DNA of 64,000 bases, from contig CAVQLV010000004.1 in the NCBI GenBank assembly GCA_963713415.1, positions 945,517 through 1,009,516 of the forward strand, read 5' to 3'. Positions 47,871 to 57,700 of the stretch are shown in pieces. Numbering within the stretch: position 1 is the stretch's first letter; each line of letters opens with the position of its first letter. The DNA comes from Bryobacterales bacterium (GTDB lineage Bacteria > Acidobacteriota > Terriglobia > Bryobacterales > Bryobacteraceae). The notes beneath the pieces were generated by a model. That model saw only the letters and a list, made by a program, of their open reading frames with translations, was not told the DNA's origin and did not search any database. The position numbers and the translations under genes were made by a program.

Positions 47871-49161
47871 ATGCACCGCAGGCGTTTCCTGGCTTCGCTC
47901 GGCGTCGCCGCAGCTCAAAAAGCTATCTTCAGCTCGGAAAAGCCCGACTACACTCTGCGCATAGCGCCTCCTAGCATTGAGATCGCCCCTGGCACGGTGG
48001 TCAAAACGATCGCATACAACGGCTCGGCGCCGGGGCCACTCTTACGGATGGCGGAAGGCAAACCCGTCACCACTCAAGTGTTCAACGACACGCATGAGGC
48101 CGAGTTGGTTCACTGGCACGGATTGCACATCCCGTCGGCAGTCGATGGGTCCAAGGAGGAGGGGACGCCCATGCTTCCTCCGCACGGCTCGGCGGTCTAC
48201 ACATTCACGCCGAAATCGAGCGGCACGCGCTGGTATCACTCGCATGTCCGCGCCGGACAAATCTCAAACGCGCCACTTACACCGGACCGTTCGGGTTTAT
48301 TTTTATAAAGCCTGTGAGCGAGCCTGGTGAGTACGATCAGGAGGTCTTTATCGCGCTTAAAGAGTAGGAGCCTTACCTGTCGAGTGCGGGCGGGGTGAGG
48401 AACTCGCTGGAAGTGGCCTACAACTTTTCGATCAACGGCCAGGCCCTGGGCCACGGAGATCCAATCCGTGTCAAAGCGGGGCAGCGCGTACTTTTCCGCA
48501 TCCTCAATGCCAGCGCAGCCGTGACCCGGCGCATCGCTGCCGCAGCCGTTCCGCAGCAAGTGGGAGCGCTGGGACTCGGGCCGGCCGAGCGTATCGATGC
48601 CATCGTTGAAATGAATCAGCCGGGTGTCTGGATTCTAGGTGCCACTGATGACCACGACCGGGAACATGGGATGGGCACCGTCATCGAGTACTCCGGGCGA
48701 GGTGGCCAACCGCGCTGGACACCTCCGAGCACGGAGCGCTGGGATTACAGAATCTTCGGAAATCCGGGCCACGAAGAGCGGTCATCGTCACCTTTTGAGC
48801 GCATCCTCCGGTCTTCGAGAAGAAGTTTGCCGGCCATCATTGGGTGGATAAGTGGACCATCAACGGCAAAGAATTCCCGAAGACTGATCCAATTCGAGTT
48901 CGGGCCAACCAGGGATATCGCCTGGTATTCGATAATCGCAGTAACGAGGCGCATCCACTGCACCTGCACCGGCACACTTTCGAGCTGACGAAGGTCTAAG
49001 GGAGCGACACTGCCGGAGTATTCAAGGACGTGGTGGTTATTCAGCCCAATTCCAAGCTGGAAGTGAGCTTGACCGCAAATAATCCCGGACTTACCCTGTT
49101 CCACTATCAGCAAATGCATATGGATTACGACTTCACGGCGCTGATGAAATACGCGGGTTAG
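47871..49161 (+). pseudogene. Multicopper oxidase with frameshifts, two nonsense codons and loss of the type-1 Cu cysteine
   Basis: Tat leader MHRRRFLASLG. HWHGLH and WYHSH are present. There is a frameshift near 48255. KE-TAG-EPY at 48365-48367 sits where KEWEPY is expected (a TGG to TAG change). HPLHLHRHTFELTKV is followed by TAA at 48997-48999. The final motif reads LFHYQQMHMDYDF instead of FHCHxxxHMDxGM. Confidence 0.85.
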
Positions 49162-49986
49162 CGGCAAAGCTGGTTCGATCGCTTTGCTCCGCCAAACCGG
49201 CGGCCAAGGATCATTTTGATCAGCAAATGATCGGTCCCGCGAGTGACGCCGACTCCAACGCCAAAGTTGAACTCCCATTTTGGCGATAGGTTCAAATCTA
49301 TTGCCGGCACGATTTGCTGCTCCTGCTGGTACAGGGGATCAAAGTTTCCCACCGGGCCCAAACTGCCGTAGTACTCCAACCCGGCATTGATCTTCGGCGT
49401 GAAATCGTAACCAGTCTTGAAGTCCGGCGCGAATACCACGCCTTGACTCACGCCCGGCCCGTGGAAGCTCCGATCGAAAACGGGATTGAAAGCCAGATAC
49501 CAGCGCCCGACCTGCTTGTCGATGATTGGCCGGACCTCCAGCGTCCAGGTATCGGGAGAACGACGTAACGTTGATAGCCAAACTCGAGAGAAAGGCTCAC
49601 TCCCACCGGCCATTGCCAGGATTCGGGTATGCGCGCCCTCGCCTGATATGATCTCCCACCCACTGCCAGCCGCCTTGATTGGGATTGACACCGGTGAAGA
49701 TGTAAAGTCCGGTCTCAAACCAACCGGTGATGCCCCTGGTGATTTCGACCGTCTCATGCAACTGGTGCTCGGTCCCGTAGACGCCATCCACTACGCCCTT
49801 GCTGCCCTCAACGGCGAAGTTGCTATGCAACTCGATCATGGTTGTGCCTGGGTCTTGAGTTGCCGAAGGATAGACCTGGAGTTCGTAATTTCCCCGGCCG
49901 AGCGCGCACGCCGCGGAGGCGAGAAAAAGAAGTGCGCCAAGCGCCGCATTGTCGCTGAATCTACCGGGCCACAACGTTTTGACCAT
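49158..49986 (-). pseudogene. Outer-membrane beta-barrel protein (paralog of 53600..54422), 2 frameshifts
   Basis: ORFs 49597..50040, 49448..49663 and 49158..49787 tile one protein: signal peptide, NYELQVYPSAT..., ...RIPESWQWPVGVSLSLEFGYQR..., ...LEYYGSLGPVGNFDPLYQQEQQIVPAIDLNLSPKWEFNFGVGVGVTRGTDHLLIKMILGRRF. Confidence 0.65.
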
Positions 49987-50368
49987 CGACGACACCGGAG
50001 AGAAGAATCTTGCCGTCCGTGGATAAAATGCTGGTTGCATTTCCGTGAGTTAAGCCATCCTTCGCACGGCAGCCTTTGACGATGATCTGCTCGCCGATCT
50101 TGAGCGTTGTCCGGGTCCATCCGGATTTCATCAACGTGTTCGGGCTGCCTGCTTCGAAATCCCAGTTCTCTACCTTGCCGGAGTCTTCCTTCACATCAAT
50201 GTAGAAATGGACATGCGGGTTCATCCAGTCGACGCGGGTGACGGTACCGTGTAGCAAGACGGGCCTTGAAGCGTCGTAGTCTGCTGCGAACGAATGATGC
50301 GCTCGTACAGGAGAGGCAACGATACAAAGTACGCAGGAAAGGATCAGTAAGTAGGGAAGGTTTTCCAA
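49961..50368 (-). CDS. Small periplasmic protein (DUF6152-like), predicted mature N-terminus His-His
   Basis: Signal peptide ...IVASPVRA, then HHSFAADYDASRPVLLHGTVTRVDWMNPHVHFYIDVKEDSGKVENWDFEAGSPNTLMKSGW. Paralog at 58377..58781. Confidence 0.8.
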   Translation of the reverse strand: MENLPYLLILSCVLCIVASPVRAHHSFAADYDASRPVLLHGTVTRVDWMNPHVHFYIDVKEDSGKVENWDFEAGSPNTLMKSGWTRTTLKIGEQIIVKGCRAKDGLTHGNATSILSTDGKILLSGVVDGQNVVAR

Positions 50369-50384
50369 GGTCTGGTCAGCTTCC

Positions 50385-50915
50385 TCAGCGCTTCGTGACG
50401 GTTTGAGGGGCCTTCCCCTCGTGCGGCTCGTAGTATCCGATCAGCCGGCCGCAAATCGGTATACTCACCCACAGTATCAGCGAAAGGACGGCGGCAGCTT
50501 TCGCACGTGTGGGTATCGCTGGGGCCTTGTCCAACTCCTCGGGGTGATCGTACACGATGGGTTTAAAAATTAGCGCATGAACTCCAACTAGCAGCAGCAG
50601 CGTCATCTTTGTCCAGAAATAAGGATTGGGATAGTACGTCGGAGCCTCCGAGCCGGCCATGAGAAGCCCGCAAGTGACTATAATCACAAAGCCAATGCGC
50701 TTATAGGGCCGCAGACCTCCTACAACTTCCGCTATGCTCTGATCGCGCAAGGCTAAGCCGAGCAGGCGCAGATCGGTCATCAAGATCATGCCGCCGAACA
50801 CGGCAATGCAACTCACATGCGTGGCCATGATGATGGGATAGACCCACGGAGTCTGCTCAATGCCGGTCATCAAGCTGGTGCTCTGGATCGATTGAAAGAT
50901 GGAATAAAGCGACAT
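50385..50915 (-). CDS. Polytopic membrane protein, type B (B1) of a repeated A/B pair
   Basis: YPIIMATHVSCIAVFGGMILMTDLRLLGLAL...YYPNPYFWTKM...LVGVHALIF...RAKAAAVLSLILW...GRLIGYYEP. Paralogs at 59600..60133 and 60558..61187. Confidence 0.8.
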   Translation of the reverse strand: MSLYSIFQSIQSTSLMTGIEQTPWVYPIIMATHVSCIAVFGGMILMTDLRLLGLALRDQSIAEVVGGLRPYKRIGFVIIVTCGLLMAGSEAPTYYPNPYFWTKMTLLLLVGVHALIFKPIVYDHPEELDKAPAIPTRAKAAAVLSLILWVSIPICGRLIGYYEPHEGKAPQTVTKR

Positions 50916-50921
50916 TGGATA

Positions 50922-51398
50922 TTACGCCAGAAGTCCGGTGAAGAGCCCACCCGTCACCACTGAGACCCACAGCAATACCGAGATGGCTCCCACCACGACG
51001 CCCACTCCAGGGGGCGGGGACGACGAAGCCACCTTGTAGTGGACGGTGTAGTTATAGAGGATCGCGAGGAGCAGCGCCGCTGCCTTGAACCGGAACCAGG
51101 GGCTGAAGTAATACATGCGCGGATCCGTCAAAAACAGCCCCATCCCTGCAAGCACCGTGACCGACAACCCGATCAACGTGTACGCCCAAGTTTCGTGCAG
51201 CAGTTTGGCGGGAGTTGTTCTTGGAAACGCCAAGCCAAGAAGACGCAGGTCTACGATCATAATCGTCCCTATAGCCACGGCGAAAAAGACGATGTGAAAA
51301 CACTCCGCCACCGCGAAGCCCCATTCGGTGTTGTTCAGCAGGTCGGCTATTGCATTCGATTGGAGAAAAGCCGGGGAAGCTACAAATAGATGCATCAC
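50922..51398 (-). CDS. Polytopic membrane protein, type A (A1) of a repeated A/B pair
   Basis: NNTEWGFAVAECFHIVFFAVAIGTIMIVDLRLLGLAF...FLTDPRMYY...YNYTVHYKV...LLWVSVVTGGLF. Paralogs at 60149..60601 and 61208..61663. The ATGA overlaps the upstream gene. Confidence 0.8.
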   Translation of the reverse strand: MMHLFVASPAFLQSNAIADLLNNTEWGFAVAECFHIVFFAVAIGTIMIVDLRLLGLAFPRTTPAKLLHETWAYTLIGLSVTVLAGMGLFLTDPRMYYFSPWFRFKAAALLLAILYNYTVHYKVASSSPPPGVGVVVGAISVLLWVSVVTGGLFTGLLA

Positions 51399-52033
51399 TT
51401 CGCGTCTTGGATCTCCAGATCCGTCTTCTCGTCGCCCGCCATCATCTTCGCGTTGTCGTAGAATCCCGCGGTCACCAGATGAATCTCGACCTCCTTCTTA
51501 CCTTTGTTTTCCCAGAACCAGCCGTGGATGCCAGTGGAAGGCGCGGTGAATGAGCCGCCGGAATGATCTGAGCCGCCCTGATCATTAAGTTCGTAGCTCT
51601 CGAAATAGTCCTTGTTCGGCTTGTTGTCCGGCTCACCGTGGAATTCGAACGCTACTGGCCCCGTGGCTTTCCAGGAGTAAAGCATGCCGGCGGCTTTCTG
51701 CATATGATACTTGACTTCGACGCCTTCGCCGGGCATCAGTGAAAGATCCTCGCTGTCGGTTTTGAAAATTCCGGGCTGCGCGGTGTAAATGCCCGCCGGC
51801 GCGGCGACGGGCCGTGCGCCAACGGGCTTCGATTCCGCCGTCGATTCGGTGGCTTTCGCAAGATCGGTCAAATGCAGTAGCTTGCCTGTCTTCAGCGGAT
51901 CGATCCCATATTCGGCGGGCAGCACGGCCGTCAATAGAATCACGAGCGCGACTGCTAGCGCGATCCCGGTGGCTTTCGCGATTGCTTGCTTCGACGGTGC
52001 CTCCGCCCGCTGAATGTTTTCCTGTTTAACCAT
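51395..52033 (-). CDS. Membrane-anchored periplasmic protein, function unknown
   Basis: ATG at 52033 with AAGGA 6 nt upstream. TM anchor GIALAVALVILLTAVL. Beta-rich domain with FEFHGEPDN and GIHGWFWEN. Confidence 0.7.
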   Translation of the reverse strand: MVKQENIQRAEAPSKQAIAKATGIALAVALVILLTAVLPAEYGIDPLKTGKLLHLTDLAKATESTAESKPVGARPVAAPAGIYTAQPGIFKTDSEDLSLMPGEGVEVKYHMQKAAGMLYSWKATGPVAFEFHGEPDNKPNKDYFESYELNDQGGSDHSGGSFTAPSTGIHGWFWENKGKKEVEIHLVTAGFYDNAKMMAGDEKTDLEIQDAK

Positions 52034-52040
52034 ATAATCC

Positions 52041-52748
52041 TTACGCGGCGGCAAAATAGCCAGTGATCTGATAACCCACCAGTATGAATCCTACGGTCAT
52101 CAGCACCGCGTTCGTCGCAAACGCGTCCCGCAAGAAACTGCCGCGTGTGCGCCAGACGCTCAACACGATCAATATGGCGGTCAACGCCAGCACCTGGCCC
52201 ACTTCCACGCCGACATTAAAGCTTACGATGTTCGTAATCAAGCCGTTCTTTGAGAGAGCCAACTCCTGCAGTTTGGTGGCGAGTCCAAATCCATGAAACA
52301 GGCCGAAAATGAGCACCGCCACTTTCGCATTCGGCTCGAACCCCAGAAACCGCCGAAAGCCATCCATGTTGTCGAACGCTTTGTAGACCACCGAAAAGCC
52401 GATGATCGCATCAATGACGTAGGGGTTGGCATGAGCTCCTCCGAGGACTCCACCCAGCAGCGTGATGCTGTGACCCAGCGTGAACAGACTGACATACTGA
52501 ACGATCTCTTTGAGCCGGTATAAGAAAAAGATGACTCCCACCAGGAAGGCGATGTGGTCATACCCGGTCACCATGTGCTTCGCGCCCAAGTAGACGAAAG
52601 CAGGGATTGCGGCCCCCTGATTCGATTCGACAAAAGACGCATCGCGTTTCGAGACGTTGTGCGCCATGGCGGCGCCGGGAAACACGAGCATCGCGAGGAT
52701 GAAGAGAATCGCCGCAGCCGCGGCCAAGCGGCGAGATAGGGCGGTCAT
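52041..52748 (-). CDS. hupE: HupE/UreJ-family membrane protein
   Basis: Signal peptide ...GAAMA, then HNVS..., GYDHIAFLVGVIFFL, FTLGHSITLL, FGLFHGFGLA, NVGVEVGQ. The start at 52748 overlaps the upstream stop (ATGA). Confidence 0.8.
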   Translation of the reverse strand: MTALSRRLAAAAAILFILAMLVFPGAAMAHNVSKRDASFVESNQGAAIPAFVYLGAKHMVTGYDHIAFLVGVIFFLYRLKEIVQYVSLFTLGHSITLLGGVLGGAHANPYVIDAIIGFSVVYKAFDNMDGFRRFLGFEPNAKVAVLIFGLFHGFGLATKLQELALSKNGLITNIVSFNVGVEVGQVLALTAILIVLSVWRTRGSFLRDAFATNAVLMTVGFILVGYQITGYFAAA

Positions 52749-53296
52749 TTGCACCGATCCGCCAGGTCCGGCTTTTCGCGCCATTTATCGTGGCAGTTGG
52801 AGCAAGCCGTGCTCAAGTCTCCCGCCGCCGTTACGATGTCGTCCTTCTTGGACTGTGCGGCCTTGTAGCTCTCAAGGCTCGCGGCCCGCAGACCCTGGAC
52901 GAATTTAGGCCAATCCGGGTTGTTGATCGGAACTGGAAGCCCGTTACCGCATTTGCGCCCGGGAAGAATCAGAAGATTGGCGGCTTCCGAAAGAGCTCTT
53001 GCACTGTTCTCCACAGCCGTCCAGCCGCCGTAGGTACTGGCAAGAGGATTCGGCGACAGCGAGGGGTCCTTCGCCGGCGGCACCTTGGCGGGATCGTCTT
53101 CTTGAGCGAAAAAGATCACATTAGAGTTGGGGAAGAGGATACCGCGCATGAGCTGGCGCAAGTCTGCAACGACCTCCGGTTTCATGGCCGCCGATTTGGG
53201 AGCCTTGGCCGCGTTGGAGCGGGCTGGCCCCGGCGATTGCGCCTGGCAGACTCCCAAGATGGTTAGAGAGAAGAAAGCTGTTACTATGCGAGACAT
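52745..53296 (-). CDS. Class II (cytochrome c'-like) c-type cytochrome
   Basis: Signal peptide. Single CSNCHDKWR heme motif about 15 residues from the C-terminus, preceded by long helical segments. This is the class II cytochrome c layout. Confidence 0.65.
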   Translation of the reverse strand: MSRIVTAFFSLTILGVCQAQSPGPARSNAAKAPKSAAMKPEVVADLRQLMRGILFPNSNVIFFAQEDDPAKVPPAKDPSLSPNPLASTYGGWTAVENSARALSEAANLLILPGRKCGNGLPVPINNPDWPKFVQGLRAASLESYKAAQSKKDDIVTAAGDLSTACSNCHDKWREKPDLADRCK

Positions 53297-53583
53297 TCCT
53301 GGTGACCTTTCATACCAGCAGACTTACTCTGGCGGTTCGCCTTTCCACGACTTCATGGCCTGCCACATCGGTGGGCTGGGGCGCCTAAAAAAATCCCTCA
53401 TCCATTTGCTTTTCCCACCCGCGTTCGAGGCTCTGCGAGTGCGCCTCGTCCCCTTCACCGAAACCTTTGAGCGGCGTCGCACGCTGTGCCCCTCCCCGAG
53501 AGTTGATTTGTTCATGGACAGACAGACCTGGAAAGGGTATCACTGAGTTACCCGAAATCCATGGCTCTCATAGTCATCGAGCG

Positions 53584-53603
53584 GTCAGTGACCGGTCACT
53601 CAC
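53584..53603. promoter_or_regulatory. 20-bp palindrome, copy 1 (GTCAGTGACCGGTCACTCAC)
   Basis: Near-perfect inverted repeat, about 290 bp upstream of the cytochrome c' operon start. Related copies at 61782-61801 and 62704-62723. Confidence 0.55.
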
Positions 53604-54422
53604 CATTGCGATTCATGGGTTTGCCGCCTATCGTGCTTCCGGCCGAACTCATATTCCAATCGCGACTTGAGCACCAGCTCATGACTCCCGTCCGTAGTGC
53701 CGAACCCCGCTCCGAAGCTCCAGGCGAACCGTGCTCCGATCTTCCAATCTGCTCCGGGAAACACCAGGTGGGTCTGATTTGCCAGTGGCGAGAAATTTCC
53801 GAGCGGTCCCAGCGCTGAGTAGTACTCGACGCTCGGCGTCAGGGTTCGCCATTGTTGCCATCCCAGCCTGGCCGATGGCTCCACGCCCCAGCCGAGCGAG
53901 GTCCCCGTGCCGTGCAGCGCCCGGGCGAAGACGATATTTCCGTCCATTTGCAACCGTCCGATGTGCTTCTCAACGATCCCGCGCAGCTCCACCTGCCGCG
54001 TGTCCTGATCGAAGACCGGACGTTCGAACGAAAACTCGGCCACGAACCCCAAGTTCAACGGCAAGCCCCAGGACTTCGGCGCGTAGAAATGCGGAAGCAC
54101 CCGAAAGCCGGCATACTGCCAGCCGAGGCCGGGAACCCACGCGGTCAGAACAACGGCGCCAAAGCGTACTTCGTCGGTCAGGCCGGCTGTCCATTCCGAG
54201 CTCGCATGCAACTGATTCTGCTCCGGTGCCACAGGCCCATCGAATTTCGCCGTCCCATCGGCCACATAATGTAACATGCGACTCATAGGTAAGTGAGCCG
54301 AGCGGCAGAGGCTCATATTCAAATACTTGAATCTCAAATGGATCTTGTGCATAAGCAGCAAGACCGATCGACAGCAATAGCCATCGACAGCAATACATAG
54401 ATCCTCCTAATCGCGAACTCAA
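53600..54422 (-). pseudogene. Outer-membrane beta-barrel protein (paralog of 49158..49986), 1 frameshift
   Basis: ORF 53970..54422 (signal peptide, DPFEIQVFEYEPLPLGSLTYESH) joins ORF 53600..54361 (LHYVADGTAKFDG...VEYYSALGPLGNFSPLANQTHLVFPGADWKIGARFAWSFGAGFGTTDGSHELVLKSRLEYEF) near 54270. Confidence 0.65.
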
Positions 54423-54437
54423 GAATCGAGCGGGCGA

Positions 54438-54731
54438 TTAGGAGCGGGGAGGATGATCGAGACGCGGCGCAGGCTTTTCGGTCAGCTGGGGGACAGGGGC
54501 CGGGGTGACGCGCTCGATGAGAGACGCGACAAAGCTATGCGTGCGCGCCGGAAACCCGGTATGGAGCGAGCAATAGGCGCAATCGTGGCAGGAACAATCG
54601 GAACCGCTTGGCGTCGTAGACCCAGCGTAGTGGTCGTGATAGTCCTCGGCCATGCACACGGCCATCTGGGTGCAGATGGCCATGAGCACAAGTAGCGCCA
54701 GCCAGCGAATGAGGCTCCTCCTCCGAGGCAT
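54438..54731 (-). CDS. Small membrane-anchored Cys/His-rich protein
   Basis: 97 aa. TM helix IRWLALLVLMAICTQMAV, then EDYHDHYAGSTTPSGSDCSCHDCAYCSLH. It lies directly downstream of the TBDR. Confidence 0.6.
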   Translation of the reverse strand: MPRRRSLIRWLALLVLMAICTQMAVCMAEDYHDHYAGSTTPSGSDCSCHDCAYCSLHTGFPARTHSFVASLIERVTPAPVPQLTEKPAPRLDHPPRS

Positions 54732-54757
54732 TCTTGAAAACCCGTTCTGCGAGCCGC

Positions 54758-57700
54758 TCAGAAGCGCAGCTTCACGGCAGCCTGCATTAAACGAGGCGCG
54801 GCCGCGCTGACCACGTGTCCGAAATCGGGATCGGAGTCCACGCCCTCCACGGATTGCGGTCCATAAAACTGCGCATGGTTGAAGACATTGAAGGCTTCCA
54901 TCCGGATATCCAGGGTCATCGATTCTCTAAGCCGGATGATCTTGCTGAGCTGCACATCGAAGTTTTCGATGCCGGGCCCTTGGAAGCTGCGCCGGCTGGA
55001 ATTGCCCAATACTCCCAAGGGCTCCACCTCGAAAGCGCTGGTATTGAATACCGGCTTGCCGTTGCGGGGATTCTCGTTTAGGTTGAGCGGGCCGCCCAAG
55101 TACTCGGGCGTGTCTAACAAATAGTTATTCACGCCGTTGCCGAGGGTTCCCAAGAGTGAGTTGTCGGAGTTGTCAATGAGCGTCACGGGCAGCCCAGAGG
55201 AAAAACGGCTGGTGCCGGACAAGCTCCATCCATCGGTCAGGCGATTCCGCCCAAAGAAGCGCTCGAATGGCAGATTGTACGTGTACGTGATGACGACATT
55301 CTGAGGGATGTTCCAGGCCGAAATCGCGCGAGTCAATCCCAGGTTGAAGGGGTTAGTGTCCTCGCCGAGGTACGATGCATCATCGATGGACTTGGACCAG
55401 GTATAGCCTACCAGGAGCGTGGAGCGTGAGCCGATGGTCGCGCGAAGGGTAATTTCCAGCGAGTTATAGTTGGAATTTCCGATGGTCTTTTGCAGCGTGA
55501 CCGATCCGTAATCCGGTCCAAGGCCGACACGCGTGCCCTGGTACGTCTGTCCGGATGCGGATGTATAGCTGGCGTCCTCACCGTAGGGACCGCAAGTCAG
55601 TGTGCCCGGAGCTACCTGGCTCGGTTGGCTCAGGCTCAGGCATAGTGCCGCGTTTCCGTTATTGGCTGGCTGTAACACCAGGATGTGATGGCCCTGGTTC
55701 CCTGCATAGCTAACCGTGAGCAAAGTGTTCTGGCCGAACTGCCGTTGAACGGAAAACATGTAATTTTCCGTGTAGGGCACGGTGTCTTTGGAATAGAATT
55801 CGGGCGCCGCGCTGATCGGCGTAACCGCGGCCCAATCAAATCCGGTATAGGGGTCCTTTTGAGAGACGTTGTTGGGAGGAAAATGAAATGGATAGGGATC
55901 GGTTTGCACCACTCCGTCGCCCGAATCGATGAAGGGCTGGGCGAACTCGGGAGGAGCGGGGCTCAAGTAGTTGTATCCCCACGGTGGCACGCCGTACATG
56001 ATGCCGGCGTCGATGCCCTGGAAGGCGGTGTAGAAGATTCCGTAGCTGGCCCGGATGCTGCTCTTGCCCGATTCGCCAAAAATCGCCTTCAAAAATCTAT
56101 TTCCAAAATTTGGAGAATAGGCTAGTCCGATCCTGGGCGCGAAGGCGTGATTGTCTGGAGGCGAGAGAGTGGGAGGAATGCCAGGGTCGCCGGGCACCAG
56201 AAGGTCAGGCAATGCGTTGGGGAAAAGAACCGACTGCCGGCCGGGAACGATGGTCTGAAGGTTGTTGTATTTGTCCGACCAGGGCTCGATCCGCTCCCAC
56301 CGCAACCCGTAATTCACCGTCAGGTTCGGCCGCGCTTTCCAGCTATCCTCAACGAACGCGGCGTAATAGCGATTTCGCAGATAGAAATGCTGGCCGGTGG
56401 TCTGGGTGAAATTGCTCGGCAAGCCCAGCAGATAATCGGCGAACGGCGATCCGGTCTCGGACCCAAGGAAGCTGAACGTTCCGTTAAAGGTGCCGTTCGG
56501 ACTTTCATTGACCTGGTTGTTATGAAATTGAGCGCCAAACTTAATCGTGTGCGCGCCCCACACCTTTGAGATGGCATCGCTCAGATAAAGCGTATTGTTC
56601 CATTGATCCGCGTTGGTAATAGGAACGCCCATGACGAAGTCTGGGAAGACCAGGTTCTCCACGCCTTCAAACTGCGGCGCTTGCACCACGAGGCCCCCGT
56701 TTTGAGGTCCTTGGACGAATCCCTGCGAGGCTATGGATACTCCGGTTCCTCCGTGAGGTTGTCCAATGAAATTCACGTTCCGCAGGAAGCCGGCATGAGC
56801 TTCGTTGACCATGGTCGGGCTTAGGATCTTGGTGTCGCCAATGCTGATCTCCTGCGCCTGTCCGGGGGTCAGGGCGTCAAAGCCAGGAACGCTTGCACCG
56901 CCCTGTCCGCCCGGATATGGATTGTCCACTATGTAGTTGTCGACGAAATAGTAGCCGAAGATATTGCCGGCGCGCGTGTTGGCGTCGATGCGGGCGCCAG
57001 CCTTGTCGTCCCGGTCTGTTTCAGGGAAGGCCGACGTAGAAAAAAGGTTGGAACCGATGTTCGCAGTGGGAATGTATTTCAGCAGGTTATGCGCGACCGG
57101 CGACCAAACCGATTGGGGAATGATTGCTCCGGGGAATACGCATTGAGAGCTGGACCCGCAGCCCGGTGTATAAAAGGGTTCGCCCACGTTCACGTTATAG
57201 CCGAGCTTGGATGCCAATTGGCCCGCCTGGTAGGCCGCAGGCACGGTCCCGGTCAACAGGCTGGCCGAATCGCTAAAGTTGCCGGCGCGCTCCTGATTCG
57301 ACATAACCGTGGTTACCGGCGATGTGATGCCTTGCGTGGTCTTGGTGTGCTGATAGTCCAGGAAAAAGAAAAGCTTGTTTTTTAGGATCGGCCCGCCGAT
57401 GGTACCGCCGGGCTGATTCTGCTGGTAGAGCCCTCGCTTCGCGTCAAAGAAGTTCTTGGCATCCAGGTCGGTGTTCCTAAGGAACTCGAAAGCGCTGCCA
57501 TGGAATTGGTTGCTCCCGGACCGGGTAATGACGTTGACCATTCCGCCGTTGTAATTGCCGTACTCCGTGTCGAAGTTGTTAGTTAGGACCCGGAACTCCT
57601 CGATCGAATCCAGGTTCGGAATCACGGACGTTCCGCCGTTCATCCCTTCCTGGACGTCGATCGCATTCACCATGAAGCCATTGGCAGATTCGCGTTGTCC

